Numbered from the stretch's first letter, positions 49,537 through 60,210 are shown. The stretch: DNA of 64,000 nt from Candidatus Tectimicrobiota bacterium (GCA_016192455.1 JACPUC010000006.1:124001-188000), one strand, 5' to 3'. Notes: generated by a model from the letters alone, not told the origin. Translations and numbers: made by a program.

Positions 49537-50298
49537 GTGGTGGGTAAAGCATCGGTTGTCGAGGCGGTTGGGCTCAGCAAGCAGTTCGGGCATTTCATCG
49601 CCCTCCACCCCCTTGATCTCCAGCTTGGCAGCGGAGAGTTCCTCTCCATCTTCGGACCCAACGGCGCCGGCAAGACGACGCTCCTGAAGGTGCTCGCAAC
49701 CCTCATGAAACCGAGCTCGGGGCAGGTGCGGATTCTCGGCCTTGATCCGAGCGAGGATGGCATCGCGGTCCGGCGGCAAATCAGCCTGGTCTCCCACAGC
49801 ACCTTCCTCTACGAGAACCTGACGGCGTACGAGAACCTCCTCTTCTACGGCAGGATGTACGAGGTGGAGAACCTGCCGAAGCGCATCGCCGAGGTCTTCG
49901 AGGAGGTCGGCTTGACGAGCCGGCAGCGCGACCTCGTCGGCAGCTTCTCCGATGGCATGCAGCGCCGCCTCTCCATCGCGCGCGCCTTCCTGCATCGGCC
50001 GCGCCTCCTCCTGCTCGACGAGCCGTACGTCGGCCTTGACCCGGAGGCCGCCCACAACCTCGGCAAGGTGCTCGCCGGCCTCCACGACGGCGAACGCAGC
50101 CTCATCATGACCACCCACAACATCAGCCGCGGCCTCGAGCTCTGCGACCGCGCCGCCATCCTCGTGGGGGGACGACTCGTCTATGACGAGGTCCGCTCCG
50201 CCATCAGCGCGGACGACTTCGAAGCCACCTACCTCGCGGCGCAGCACCAGGCACGCGCAGTGCGCCCCCCCCGACGTTTCGATGGGGGGGGGCCATGA
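49537..50298 (+). CDS. ccmA: Heme export ABC ATPase CcmA
   Basis: GPNGAGKTT, LYENLTA.ENL, FSDGMQRR, LLLDEP; position in the ccm operon. Confidence 0.88.
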   Translation: MVGKASVVEAVGLSKQFGHFIALHPLDLQLGSGEFLSIFGPNGAGKTTLLKVLATLMKPSSGQVRILGLDPSEDGIAVRRQISLVSHSTFLYENLTAYENLLFYGRMYEVENLPKRIAEVFEEVGLTSRQRDLVGSFSDGMQRRLSIARAFLHRPRLLLLDEPYVGLDPEAAHNLGKVLAGLHDGERSLIMTTHNISRGLELCDRAAILVGGRLVYDEVRSAISADDFEATYLAAQHQARAVRPPRRFDGGGP

Positions 50299-50963
50299 GC
50301 AAGCTCATCGTCCTCCTGAAGAAAGACTTCACCGCCGAGCTGCGCAGCAAGGACATCGTGCTCACGATGCTCCTCTTCGTGCTCCTCGTCATCGTCACCT
50401 TCAGCTTCGCCTTCGAGCCCGGCAGCATCGAGGTGGGCGTGCTCGCCCCCGGTATGCTCTGGATCAGCTTCGTCTTCGCGGGGGTCTTGGGGCTGTTGCG
50501 CTCCTTCGTGAACGAGCAGCAGAATGATTGCCTGCTGGGGCTGATGCTCTGCCCGGTGGATCGCGGCGTGGTCTACCTCGGCAAGGCGCTCGGCAACATC
50601 ATCTTCATGCTCGCCGTCGAAGCGGTGACCTTGCCGGTCTTCGCGCTGCTCCTCAACTTCGACATCTGGCGCTTCCTGCCGGCCATCGCCGTCATCTTCA
50701 GCCTCTGCACGGTGGGCTACGCGGCGGTCGGCACGCTCTTCTCCGCCATGGCAATCACCATGCGCAGCCGGGAGCTCATGCTGCCGCTCCTGCAGTTCCC
50801 CATCAGCGTGCCGCTCATCATCGCCGCCGTGAAAGCGACCGGCGGCATCCTGGCCGGGCAAACGCTGGCCGAGGTGAGCGGCTGGTTGAAGCTCGTCGGA
50901 GCGTTCGATGTCATCTTCCTGACGGTCTCGTTCCTCATCTTCGAGTACGCCATCGCCGAGTAG
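50295..50963 (+). CDS. ccmB: Heme exporter CcmB
   Basis: KD...ELRS, W....FAG.LGL.RSF..E, RE..LP.L.FP..VP. Confidence 0.93.
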   Translation: MSKLIVLLKKDFTAELRSKDIVLTMLLFVLLVIVTFSFAFEPGSIEVGVLAPGMLWISFVFAGVLGLLRSFVNEQQNDCLLGLMLCPVDRGVVYLGKALGNIIFMLAVEAVTLPVFALLLNFDIWRFLPAIAVIFSLCTVGYAAVGTLFSAMAITMRSRELMLPLLQFPISVPLIIAAVKATGGILAGQTLAEVSGWLKLVGAFDVIFLTVSFLIFEYAIAE

Positions 50964-51023
50964 TGGTGCGCCGCGCGCACCGGCGGACCACGGCTCGGAG
51001 GGCGCAAGGAGTTCGGCTCACCC

Positions 51024-51728
51024 ATGCAGGTTCACGAGCGTCTGAATGATCGTTGGGTTACGGTGCTGGGGATCGCCGTCTTCATCACCATGCTGCTGAC
51101 CCTCTACGGCGTCTTCCTCTATGCGCCCACCGACCGCAACCTCGGCCACGTGCAGCGCATCTTCTACTTCCACGTCCCCTCGGCCTGGATCGCGTTCCTG
51201 GCGTTCGGCATCGTCTTCGTGGCCAGCATCCTCTACCTCGTCCTCAAGGAGGCGTGGGCCGATCGCCTGGCGCATGCCTCCGCCGAGGTGGGGGTGATCT
51301 TCTGCACCCTGGTGCTCCTCACCGGCCCCATCTGGGGACGGCCCGTCTGGGGCGTCTGGTGGACCTGGGACCCGAGCCTCACCGCCACCCTCGTCCTCTG
51401 GCTCATCTACGTCGCCTACCTCATGCTGCGTTCGCAGATGCCGGAGGGGCCTTCGCAGGCCCGGCTGGCGGCGATCCTGGGGATCATCGGGGCGCTCGAC
51501 CTGCCCATCATCCACATCGCCGTGCATTGGTGGCGCACCCTGCACCCCAAGCCGGTCGTCATGCAGACGAAGGGATTTGGCGGCGGGCTGGAGCCGCCGA
51601 TGCTGCAGACGTTCCTCGTTGCCCTGCTGACGTTTACGATCCTCTATGTCTACCTGACGGTGCTGCGCTACCGGCACGAGTCGGACAAGGCTGAGCTGGC
51701 GAGTGTGAAACGCCGCCTGCAGGCCTGA
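51024..51728 (+). CDS. ccmC: Heme exporter CcmC
   Basis: RIFYFHVP.AW, WGRPVWG.WWTWDP, WWRTLHP. Confidence 0.95.
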   Translation: MQVHERLNDRWVTVLGIAVFITMLLTLYGVFLYAPTDRNLGHVQRIFYFHVPSAWIAFLAFGIVFVASILYLVLKEAWADRLAHASAEVGVIFCTLVLLTGPIWGRPVWGVWWTWDPSLTATLVLWLIYVAYLMLRSQMPEGPSQARLAAILGIIGALDLPIIHIAVHWWRTLHPKPVVMQTKGFGGGLEPPMLQTFLVALLTFTILYVYLTVLRYRHESDKAELASVKRRLQA

Positions 51729-51818
51729 GCAGGCCGGCAGCCTCGGCCTCGGCGGAGCTGTCGGCCGCGGCCAGGCAGCGCCGCAACACTTTCCCCCGCC
51801 AACGGAAGGAGGGTCAGA

Positions 51819-51962
51819 GTGTCTGGGAACCTGGGCTACCTCTTTGCAGCCTACACGGTGACGTGGGTCGTCGTCTTCCTCTACATCTTCAGCTTGCAGA
51901 GGCGTCAGGGCGACCTGCGCCGCGAGCTCGTCGCCTTGCGGGATCTCCTGCAACGCAAGTGA
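51819..51962 (+). CDS. ccmD: CcmD-family small protein (47 aa, below the ORF-track cutoff)
   Basis: GTG after AAGGAGG; MSGNLGYLFAAYTVTWVVVFLYIFSLQRRQGDLRRELVALRDLLQRK. Confidence 0.85.
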   Translation: MSGNLGYLFAAYTVTWVVVFLYIFSLQRRQGDLRRELVALRDLLQRK

Positions 51963-52200
51963 CGCCGTGAGCTGCAACCGTGGCAGCTAGCGAGTAAGGC
52001 GATACGGCGAGGCGGGCGAACGTGCGAGGATATGGGGAGACACCCCGTCATGACAACGGGGCTGGGGGCCTGGTGGACGCGCACCGCCACGGCGGCGAGA
52101 AAACACCCGTCAACGAGACCTGGGCGGGGACGTGCGGCGGGACTCCTAGCGCGGTGTAGGCCGGCGAGCCGCCGAGCCGCGTCGGCGCTTGCCGATGGGC

Positions 52201-52407
52201 TCAGGTCTGCTCCTCCTCTTCGCGTCGCTTCTGATCCATCTGCAACAGCGCTTCATACTCCGCGAAGAGGAAGAGGATCATGAAGCTGAGGATCAGGTAG
52301 ATGGAGACCGACGCGTCGTTCAGGCCGATCGCGGCAATCCCCACCATACACAGGATGGCAGCCACCCATGTGAGTGTGATGAGCTTCACCAGGGTCTTCC
52401 GTTTCAT
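52201..52407 (-). CDS. Small two-TM hypothetical protein
   Basis: MKRKTLVKLITLTW..., two hydrophobic segments and a charged tail. Confidence 0.6.
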   Translation of the reverse strand: MKRKTLVKLITLTWVAAILCMVGIAAIGLNDASVSIYLILSFMILFLFAEYEALLQMDQKRREEEEQT

Positions 52408-52616
52408 TGCGAACCACGCCTCTGCTCTCGTCGAGTGAATCTCTCCAGCGCTACGGATTGAGGAGGATTGAAAATACCACCTCAAGCTCCTGCCGTCAAG
52501 CGCGGCAGCGCCTGCGTCACCTCAAGGTCGGGGGGCGCGGCCTGAACTTCCTGAGAAGGCGGGGAGGGGAGGCGGGGAAAGGTGGCGCGGCGCCCCGCCT
52601 GGGGATTCCTTCCTCC

Positions 52617-52970
52617 TCACACGAGGTACGAGGTCACGTAGTTGAGCGCCCGCAGCGTCAGGAAGACCTTCGCCGCGTGGCGATGCAGGCGGCGCCAGCG
52701 ATTCCGTCGCAGCACCATGATGCCGGCGCAGACCATGACGACGTAGCCGAGCAGCATGAGCACGGAGATCAGCACGTGCAGCAGGAGCAGCCGGCTCGGC
52801 TGGCGGCTGACCTTCTCAATGGCGTGACGGGTGATCTCGATGTGAAGGAGGAGACCGAGATCGATCGCGAAAGCGCTCAGCATGAGGGGGATGTGGCGGC
52901 GGCGGTGGAACCGATTCAGGAAGCCCGCGGCCAGGATGAGCAGCGCCAGGGTGGAAACGGCGTAGGTCAT
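52617..52970 (-). CDS. DUF420-like membrane protein
   Basis: Four TM helices with H..LM..AF..D, LH, and LH motifs. Confidence 0.65.
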   Translation of the reverse strand: MTYAVSTLALLILAAGFLNRFHRRRHIPLMLSAFAIDLGLLLHIEITRHAIEKVSRQPSRLLLLHVLISVLMLLGYVVMVCAGIMVLRRNRWRRLHRHAAKVFLTLRALNYVTSYLV

Positions 52971-53238
52971 GCAGGCGTCTTCCCGTCGCGGTCTGCCTGC
53001 CGAGGTCTTGCCGGCAACCGAACAGCGCAAGTTTGCCGCATCCGGCTCTCCCTGGTCAACGCGCGGGGACTGCCGCGGCAAGCCGACCCGCCCGGAAAAG
53101 GAGCGCGGAGGTGCGCGCCCCAGCCGCCAGCCGCGCCCAATCGCCGGGAGACCCTCTCCGCAGACATCGGCGCGGCAGTGTCCGGCTCTTCCATCGCTCC
53201 GCGCCCACAACGGTCGCGGAGTGGTTTGAGGCAGGTCC

Positions 53239-53931
53239 ATGAAGTTCGGTGTGGTTGTCTTTCCAGGCACGAATAACGACCACGACTGCGAGGAGGCGCT
53301 TGGCCGGGTACTGGGCCAGGCGGTGCGCCGGCTCTGGCATCGGGCGACGGACCTGGAAGGGGTCGACTGCGTCATCCTCCCTGGCGGCTTCTCCTACGGC
53401 GACTACCTGCGCGTCGGTGCCATCGCGCGCTTTGCACCCATCATGGAGGCCGTCCTGGCGCATGCGCGGCGCGGCGCGCCCGTCCTGGGCATCTGCAACG
53501 GCTTCCAGATCCTCCTCGAGGCCGGCCTCCTGCCCGGGGCGATGCTGCGCAACCGCGTGCCGAAGTTCATCTGCGAGTTCGTCCACCTGCGGGTCGGCTC
53601 CACCGCCACCCCCTTCACGCACGCCTACCGGGAGGGACAGCTCATTCGTCTGCCGATTGCTCATGGTGACGGCAACTACTTCGCCGAGGCCGACGTGTTG
53701 GCGGAGCTGACCCAGGAGGCGCGCATCATCTTCCGTTACTGCAACGCGCGCGGCGAGGTGGACGACGCCGCCAATCCGAATGGTTCCCTCTTGAACATCG
53801 CCGGTATCTGCAACCGCGAGCGCAACGTCCTCGGCATGATGCCGCACCCCGAGCGGGCCAGCGACGCCCTCCTCGGCAGCACCGACGGCCTCGGCATCTT
53901 CCAGGCGCTGCTGGGGCGGGCCGGCGCCTGA
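53239..53931 (+). CDS. purQ: FGAM synthase glutaminase subunit
   Basis: [48 protein letters not shown]. Confidence 0.97.
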   Translation: MKFGVVVFPGTNNDHDCEEALGRVLGQAVRRLWHRATDLEGVDCVILPGGFSYGDYLRVGAIARFAPIMEAVLAHARRGAPVLGICNGFQILLEAGLLPGAMLRNRVPKFICEFVHLRVGSTATPFTHAYREGQLIRLPIAHGDGNYFAEADVLAELTQEARIIFRYCNARGEVDDAANPNGSLLNIAGICNRERNVLGMMPHPERASDALLGSTDGLGIFQALLGRAGA

Positions 53932-54167
53932 GCCCTGGCGGCCGCGGAGAACCCCCATGCCGGCCGCGGGCCACGGCTGCGGCAGGCAAGGTCTGCCCCT
54001 GCCGGGCAAGGGGAATGCAGGCCGGGCGCGCGCAGGGTGATCGGCAGTCCCACGGCTGAGAGAGGCGGCGCGCGGCACCCCCTTCCGAGGCGAGGGAGTG
54101 TCATGCCTGGGGAGTGGGGTTCAGGATCGCAACCCGCTGGCTCGCCCGAAGGAGCAGGAGACGCGAC

Positions 54168-55688
54168 TTATCGAGGGTCTGGCGCCTCTGGGGCGATCTT
54201 CAGGAGCGCGAACTTCGGGTTCAGGTAGAGCACACTGATGGGGTAGGGGGAGGCGCGGACGACCTCGTCAAGGTCTTCCCGCCTGATGACGAGGTACCAG
54301 ATTTCGCCCCTCTCGCGCAGCTCCTCTTGCAGCGTCTCCATCCGAGGCGACTCGAGGGTATGCTCCGGGTCTACAGCTTCCAGGCTCACGATCTCGGTGC
54401 GCGGGTACGTATAGAAGAGCAGCGAGGGGTTGATGAAGTTGTCGGGAAAGATCACCTCGTACCGTTGGCTGCCGGCATCGCGCGCAATCAACTGAGCCCA
54501 GAGGTTCGTTGGACGGGAGTCCTTCAAGGTGACGAAGCTGCTCCCGAAGGCTAGCGCCAGGAGGAGCAGCCCGTGCGCCGGCAGGGCCGGGCGCAGCAGA
54601 CGTTGGTAGTGGCGCAGCGGCACGGCGCGCAGCCTACTGGTGAAGGACTCCGCCGCCATGAGGGCCAGCGGCGCGGCGAGCGCCAGGACATAGAGCGGCA
54701 TGCGCGAGCGGGCAAGCGAGAAGCCAAGGAAGGGGATGCCGAACCAGAGCAGGTAGAGGAGGCTGAGCGCGTCGGGCCGGCGCGCCTGCCAGCAGGCGCG
54801 CCGGCGCACCCAGAGGGTGTGGAGGCAAAACGGCGTCCACGGCAGGAGGCCCACCACGAGGACCGCCACGTACATCAACCACGGCAGGTTGCGCCGGTGC
54901 TCGGTTGTCGCCAGCCGCTTGACGACCTCTTCGACCACCCAGTAACGCAGCCGCTGCGGATCGTCGATCGCCAGGAGGATGAACCAACTGAAGGCGACGG
55001 CGCAGCAGAGCAGGAAGAGACGCCAGCGCCGCAGCGGCGTTGGCAGCCACGTCCGGTGCGCCAGGCGGTGCCAGAGCACGAGCGGGACGAAAGCGAGGAG
55101 GAGCGCGGGGGGGCCTTTCGTCAGGAAGGCGAAGCCCAGGGCCAGCGCGTAGCCCGCGCCGCACCAGCGCGGCGGCGCTTCCTGGGAGGCCGCCAGAAAG
55201 CAGAGGACGGCGCTCGTCGCCAGGGCCGCAAGGAGGCTGTCGGTGGTCAGCACGTTCCCCGCCACAAAGGGAAGGAGGGAGGTGGCCCAGACGATCCCGG
55301 CCCACGCGCCGCTCTGGCGCGGCTGCAGGCGGGCACTAATCCGCACCACCGCGCAGGCGCTGGCCACATACGCCAGAGCCAGGGGGAGGCGCGCCGCCCA
55401 GACGCTCTTGCCGAAGAGCCACAGGCAGAGGGCGATGAGCCAGTAGGTGAGGGGTGGCTTGCTGAGGTGCGGGTCGACCCACAACGTTGGGACAAGGACG
55501 TTGTGGCTCGTCACCATGTTCCAGGCGACGAGCGCGTAACGCCCCTCGTCCGGATCGAGGAGGGGCCGCAAACCCAAGAAAGGGAGAATGAGGCCGAGGG
55601 CGAGGAGGCCGACGGCGGCGGTGGGATGCCGCGCGGCCCAGTGGCGAAGCTGAGCGGGGAACGAGCGTCCTGTCGCCCGGATCATCAT
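54168..55688 (-). CDS. ArnT/GT39-like glycosyltransferase
   Basis: DPDEGRY, KPPL.YW, AARLP, FLTKGP, LPWT; many TM helices. Confidence 0.87.
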   Translation of the reverse strand: MMIRATGRSFPAQLRHWAARHPTAAVGLLALGLILPFLGLRPLLDPDEGRYALVAWNMVTSHNVLVPTLWVDPHLSKPPLTYWLIALCLWLFGKSVWAARLPLALAYVASACAVVRISARLQPRQSGAWAGIVWATSLLPFVAGNVLTTDSLLAALATSAVLCFLAASQEAPPRWCGAGYALALGFAFLTKGPPALLLAFVPLVLWHRLAHRTWLPTPLRRWRLFLLCCAVAFSWFILLAIDDPQRLRYWVVEEVVKRLATTEHRRNLPWLMYVAVLVVGLLPWTPFCLHTLWVRRRACWQARRPDALSLLYLLWFGIPFLGFSLARSRMPLYVLALAAPLALMAAESFTSRLRAVPLRHYQRLLRPALPAHGLLLLALAFGSSFVTLKDSRPTNLWAQLIARDAGSQRYEVIFPDNFINPSLLFYTYPRTEIVSLEAVDPEHTLESPRMETLQEELRERGEIWYLVIRREDLDEVVRASPYPISVLYLNPKFALLKIAPEAPDPR

Positions 55689-56031
55689 CAGCCCTCGCGC
55701 CCCCCCGGGTGGCGTGCCGCCCAGCCCCCGGCCGGCCGGCGGTGCGCGACGCTGCTGGCCGAGAGACCTGCCCCCCCAGCAGCGGTGGGACGGCACGCAG
55801 ATCGATCCCTCGTCCCCGGCTGCTCCTCGCCGTGCCCCATTGTACCAGCAACGGGGCCTGCCGAGGGAGTCCCATTCTGCTCTGCGCGTCGAGCGCCATG
55901 CGGCGGGGTGCGTCGTCCTGCCCGGCGACCGCCGGGAGCTTGCGCCCCCTGGACGGGGGGGCTATATTCCAGCCGGTGCGTGCGTCATGGCGGCGCGATT
56001 CGTTCTCGAGCCGGCGGAGTAGAATACCTTC

Positions 56032-57102
56032 ATGAGCCTCATCGCGGTCTTGCCAGGAGACGGCATCGGCGTCGAGGTCACCCGCGAGGCGCGCCGCGTC
56101 CTCGAGGTCGGCGCCAGGCGCTTTGGCTTCAAGCTGAGCTTCGAGGAGGCGCCGGTCGGCGGCGCCGCCTACGAGGCCTGTGGAGAGCCGCTGCCCGCCG
56201 CCACGCTCGATCTCGCCAGGCGCAGCGCGGCAGTCCTCTTCGGCGCCGTCGGCGGCCCAAGTTGGGAGGGGCTGCCGCGCCAAAAGCGGCCCGAGGCGGC
56301 GCTCCTCGGGCTGCGCAAGGGGCTGGGGGTCTACGCCAACCTGCGCCCCGCGAAGCTCTACCCAGCCCTCGCCGGCGCCTCGACCTTGAAGCCGGAGGTG
56401 GTGGCGGGGCTCGATATCATGGTGGTGCGGGAACTCACCGGCGGCATCTATTTCGGCGAACCGCGCGGCGTGGCGACGCGCGACGGCGAGGAAGAGGCCT
56501 GGAACACCCTGCGCTACACCAAGTCGGAAATCATCCGCATCGCCCGCATGGCCTTTGAGATCGCGCGCCGCCGCCGCCGCCGCCTCACCTCGGTGGACAA
56601 GGCGAACATCCTCGAGGTGATGGAGCTGTGGCGCCGCACCACCACCGAGGTGGCGCGGGAGTATCCGGACGTTGCCTTCGCCCACATGCTCGTTGATACC
56701 TGCGCCATGCAGCTCGTCAGCAACCCGAAGCAGTTCGACGTCATCGTCACCGGCAACATGTTCGGCGACATCCTCAGCGACGAGGCGGCGCAGCTCACCG
56801 GCTCGATCGGCATGCTCCCCTCCGCCAGTCTTGGGGGCACGGTCGGCTTCTACGAGCCGGTGCACGGCAGCGCGCCGGACATCGCTGGTCAAGACAAGGC
56901 GAACCCCATCGCCGCCATCGCCTCGGCCGCCATGCTGCTGCGCTATTCGCTGCATCAGGAAGCTGCCGCGCAGGCGGTTGAGGAGGCCATCGGCGCGGTC
57001 CTCGGGCAGAGCGTGCGCACCGCTGATATTGCGCAGCCCGGCTGCCGCGTCGTCGGCACGCGCGAGATGGGCGAGCGCATCTGTGCCGCGCTGGCCGGCT
57101 GA
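56032..57102 (+). CDS. leuB: 3-isopropylmalate dehydrogenase
   Basis: [46 protein letters not shown]. Confidence 0.98.
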   Translation: MSLIAVLPGDGIGVEVTREARRVLEVGARRFGFKLSFEEAPVGGAAYEACGEPLPAATLDLARRSAAVLFGAVGGPSWEGLPRQKRPEAALLGLRKGLGVYANLRPAKLYPALAGASTLKPEVVAGLDIMVVRELTGGIYFGEPRGVATRDGEEEAWNTLRYTKSEIIRIARMAFEIARRRRRRLTSVDKANILEVMELWRRTTTEVAREYPDVAFAHMLVDTCAMQLVSNPKQFDVIVTGNMFGDILSDEAAQLTGSIGMLPSASLGGTVGFYEPVHGSAPDIAGQDKANPIAAIASAAMLLRYSLHQEAAAQAVEEAIGAVLGQSVRTADIAQPGCRVVGTREMGERICAALAG

Positions 57103-57206
57103 GGCGCGGCCGCGGCGGATCGCCGGCGGCGGCGCCTCCCTGGGCGCGCCGGCCCGGCGGCATCACCAACCTCTCCACTCCCGTTGTCATTGCGAGGAAC
57201 ACGAAC

Positions 57207-58223
57207 GTGAGTAAGGCAGAATTCAACGTGGCTGTCGTCGGCGCCACCGGAGCGGTGGGAAACGAGATGATCAGCGTCCTCGAGGGGCGCGGCTTCCCGG
57301 TGCGCGACATCCGTCTCCTGGCCTCCAAGAACTCCATCGGCAAGAAGCTGTCGTTCCGCGGCAAGGAGGTGCCGGTGTTTGAACTGACGGCGGACTCCTT
57401 CGCGGGCATCGACATCGCTCTCTTCTCCGCCGGCGCGGCCCGCAGCCTGCAGTTCGCCCCCGCCGCGGTGCGCGCCGGCGCCGTCGTCGTCGATAACAGC
57501 AGCGCCTTCCGCATGGACCCCGAGGTGCCGCTCGTGGTCCCGGAAGTGAACCGCCACGACATCTTCACCCACAAGGGGATCATCGCCAACCCCAACTGCT
57601 CGACGATCCAGATGGTCGTCTGCCTGAAACCGATCCACGACGCCGTGGGGGTGAAGCGGGTGGTGGTCTCCACCTACCAGTCGGTCTCCGGCACCGGCAA
57701 GCGCGCCATCGAGGAGCTGGCCTTGCAGACGCGCGCCCTCCTCAACATGCAGGAGGCGGTGTGCAACGTCTATCCGCACCGCATCGCCTTCAATTGCCTG
57801 CCGCACATCGACAGCTTCACCGACTCCGGCTACACCAAGGAGGAGGTGAAGATGATGAACGAGACGAAGAAGATCATGGGCGACCCGGCGATCGCGGTGA
57901 CGGCGACGACGGTGCGTGTGCCGGTCTTCTACAGCCACTCCGAGTCGGTAAACGTGGAGACGCACCGCAAGCTGAGCGTCGAGCGTTGCCGCGAGCTGCT
58001 CGCCGGCGCCCCTGGGGTCATCGTTGTTGATGAGCCGGCGAAGAGCGGCTACCCGTTGGCCTCCGTGGCGGCGGGGCGCGACGAGGTCTTCGTGGGACGC
58101 ATCCGCGAGGACCGCAGCATCCAGAACGGCCTCGACATGTGGATCGTCTCGGACAACATCCGCAAGGGGGCGGCCCTCAACGCGGTGCAGATCGCCGAGA
58201 TCGTCGCCGAGGAGATGCTCTAG
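57207..58223 (+). CDS. asd: Aspartate-semialdehyde dehydrogenase
   Basis: GATGAVG, DNSSAFRM, ANPNCST, YQSVSGTG, VRVPV..SHS, DNIRKGAALN. Confidence 0.98.
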   Translation: MSKAEFNVAVVGATGAVGNEMISVLEGRGFPVRDIRLLASKNSIGKKLSFRGKEVPVFELTADSFAGIDIALFSAGAARSLQFAPAAVRAGAVVVDNSSAFRMDPEVPLVVPEVNRHDIFTHKGIIANPNCSTIQMVVCLKPIHDAVGVKRVVVSTYQSVSGTGKRAIEELALQTRALLNMQEAVCNVYPHRIAFNCLPHIDSFTDSGYTKEEVKMMNETKKIMGDPAIAVTATTVRVPVFYSHSESVNVETHRKLSVERCRELLAGAPGVIVVDEPAKSGYPLASVAAGRDEVFVGRIREDRSIQNGLDMWIVSDNIRKGAALNAVQIAEIVAEEML

Positions 58224-58231
58224 CCCTCCTT

Positions 58232-58619
58232 CTGCTTGGGGAAAAGAACCCCTACGTGGTTGATTTCACGTGACGGCGAGGCTGACGTTGGTGCGGCCGG
58301 TGTCCTTCACCTCTGCGCCCTCTGCGCCCCTACGGTTCAATGGAGTGCACCGCGGAGACGCAGAGAACGCGGAGAAGGTAGGGGAAGGAACCGCGGATGG
58401 ACACGGATGCACCCAGATATCAGTGTCCATCCGTGTTCATCAGTGGTTCTTTGCATCCCGGTGGTAGGGGCGGTTCGCGAACCGCCCCTACGGTCGAGGG
58501 CATGGATGCCTGCTGAGAAAGAAGTGTCCGCTTATTTTCATGACCTTGCGGGTGGGCCGAAGGCCCATGGGGAACTGCTGCTGCTTGGGGAAAAGAACCC
58601 CTACGTGGTTGATTTCACG
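58232..58619. repeat. Perfect 39-bp direct repeat pair
   Basis: CTGCTTGGGGAAAAGAACCCCTACGTGGTTGATTTCACG at 58232-58270 and 58581-58619. Confidence 0.92.
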
Positions 58620-58751
58620 ACCTTGCAGGTTTGCCACCGTGCGGGTTACAGCGGACGGGATGTGCAGAGCCGTAGGGGGCGGGGCTTGCCCCGCCCTCTG
58701 AGCCGCCCCCTCTGAGCCGCCGCGCTGGGGCGCGGCAAGCGGCGCCCCTAC
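58464..58751. repeat. GTAG-family REP elements
   Basis: Perfect palindrome GTAGGGGCGGTTCGCGAACCGCCCCTAC (58464-58491); inverted REP pair at 58672-58696 and 58728-58751. Confidence 0.8.
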
Positions 58752-58849
58752 ACCCAGGATGCCGAACCCTTCGACATGAGAGACGGTCGCCCCCTGTAAC
58801 CCCCCTTTTCATCCCTTCGCGGGCGGGCCAAAGGCCCATGGGGAACTGC
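58535..58849. repeat. Imperfect 44-bp direct repeat pair
   Basis: TTTTCAT...GGGCC.AAGGCCCATGGGGAACTGC at 58535-58578 and 58806-58849 (38/44 identical). Confidence 0.85.
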
Positions 58850-58985
58850 CTGGGTGCGGTTGCTGAGGCGCAGACGACGGGGCCGACCTCCGCCGGCGCC
58901 ACAGCGGCTCGACCACGGCGGCTTGCCAGCGCGGGCCGCCGCGGCATTCCTGGCCGCCATCGCTCCGGCGCTCCCCCCATGCCGC

Positions 58986-59876
58986 TTACGGCTGATCGAG
59001 CAGGGTTCTCAGCGCCTCGGCGCCGGCATGGTCGAGGGTCCCCTTCGCCAGGGCCAAGGGGATAATCAGCCGCGCCAGGTCGCGGTACGCCTCCCCCAGC
59101 TTCGGCTCCTCGGTCGCCAGGGCGCGCAGGTGGAGGCGGATGGTTTCCAGGTCGCCGCGGGCGACGGGGCCGGTGAGGGCCTGCGGCAACCCCACCGTGC
59201 CGATGTTCCCCAACGTCCCCTCGATCAGCGGCAGGACGGCTGGCCAAGCACGCTGCCGCGGGATGCCGGCGGCGGCGAAGAGGCGCAGCCCGGCGTCGAT
59301 CAACGCCGCCAGGCTGTTGCTGAGGACGCAGGCGGCGGCGTGGTAGAGGGCCTTGCGCTCGCTCGCCACCTCCAGCTCTTCTCCTCCCAGGGCGCGCACG
59401 ATGGCCCGCACCTCCGGCAGCGCCGCGGCGTCGGCCTCGATGCAGAAGGAGGTGCCGGGCAGCCGCCGCAGCGCCTGCTCAAGGTCGGCGAAGCTCTGCA
59501 GGGGATGGAGCGACGCCGTGAGGGCGCCGGCGCGCGCCGCCGCCTCGAGGAGGCCGCGGTTGAAGGCGCCGCTGCTGTGCAGGACGATCTGGCCGGGGCC
59601 GACCGCCTGCGCCGCCGCGAGATCGCCGCAGACCGCGGCAATGGCCGCGTCGGGCGTGGTGATGAAGACGTAGCGGCAGCCGCGCGCCACCTCGGCCGGC
59701 GCGCTGCTGGCGAGTCCGGCCCCGATACGCGCGACGGCGCGTTGCGCCTGCGCCAGGGTGCGGCTGGCCACCCCCCGGCAGGCGTAGCCGCGCTGCTGCA
59801 GCAGGGTGGCGAAGGCGACCCCGATCACTCCCGCGCCGATGACCGAGAAGGTACGGGGGGGTTGCTCCGCAGGCAT
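58986..59876 (-). CDS. Rossmann-like plus DUF2520 oxidoreductase (PanG-like)
   Basis: IGAG.IG, TTPD.AI, H.SGA, HPLQSF, YHAAA...SN, ALTGP.ARGD. Confidence 0.9.
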   Translation of the reverse strand: MPAEQPPRTFSVIGAGVIGVAFATLLQQRGYACRGVASRTLAQAQRAVARIGAGLASSAPAEVARGCRYVFITTPDAAIAAVCGDLAAAQAVGPGQIVLHSSGAFNRGLLEAAARAGALTASLHPLQSFADLEQALRRLPGTSFCIEADAAALPEVRAIVRALGGEELEVASERKALYHAAACVLSNSLAALIDAGLRLFAAAGIPRQRAWPAVLPLIEGTLGNIGTVGLPQALTGPVARGDLETIRLHLRALATEEPKLGEAYRDLARLIIPLALAKGTLDHAGAEALRTLLDQP

Positions 59877-60062
59877 CGGTGAGGTCCTCAGCGTGGGGGG
59901 CCTGGGCGGGGCCTGAGCAAAGGGTCAGGACGTGGTGCGGCGCACCCGGCGCCGTACCCCGCGTGCTGCACTCGCCGATCGTACCTCGCCGAGGTCGGCA
60001 TGCCGCCGCTCGCGGCTGCGGTCGTGGTCGCGTTCCCGAGTCCCCTTGCACAGGAGCAGATG

Positions 60063-60090
60063 TTGCCTCGCCGCCGCACGTGACTATAAT
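60063..60090 (+). promoter_or_regulatory. Sigma70 promoter of leuCD
   Basis: TTGCCT, 16 nt spacer, TATAAT. Confidence 0.6.
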
Positions 60091-60210
60091 CCTTGCAGGA
60101 GAGTGTATACCCCCTGGCCTGCTCCGGCGCCACCAGCAGCCGAAAAGTAAGGGGTCGCGTGCCGCGCCGGCCCCGCGCCGGCCCTCCCCTCCCTGAGGAG
60201 AAGATTGAGG

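Noticed and set aside
58232-58619. 39-bp direct repeats as a CRISPR array
   Set aside because: Only two copies, separated by 310 bp of other repeat elements; no cas genes.
58236-58715. 159-aa ORF across the repeat island
   Set aside because: Composed of repeat modules, TTG start, no protein family features.
59925-59971. Guanidine-III riboswitch-like sequence (CAGGACGTGGTGCGGCGCACCCGG...GTGCTGCAC)
   Set aside because: The resemblance is from memory only. P1 has a mismatch, the A-rich linker is missing, it lies upstream of the leuC promoter candidate, and no SMR transporter follows. A cmscan would settle it.
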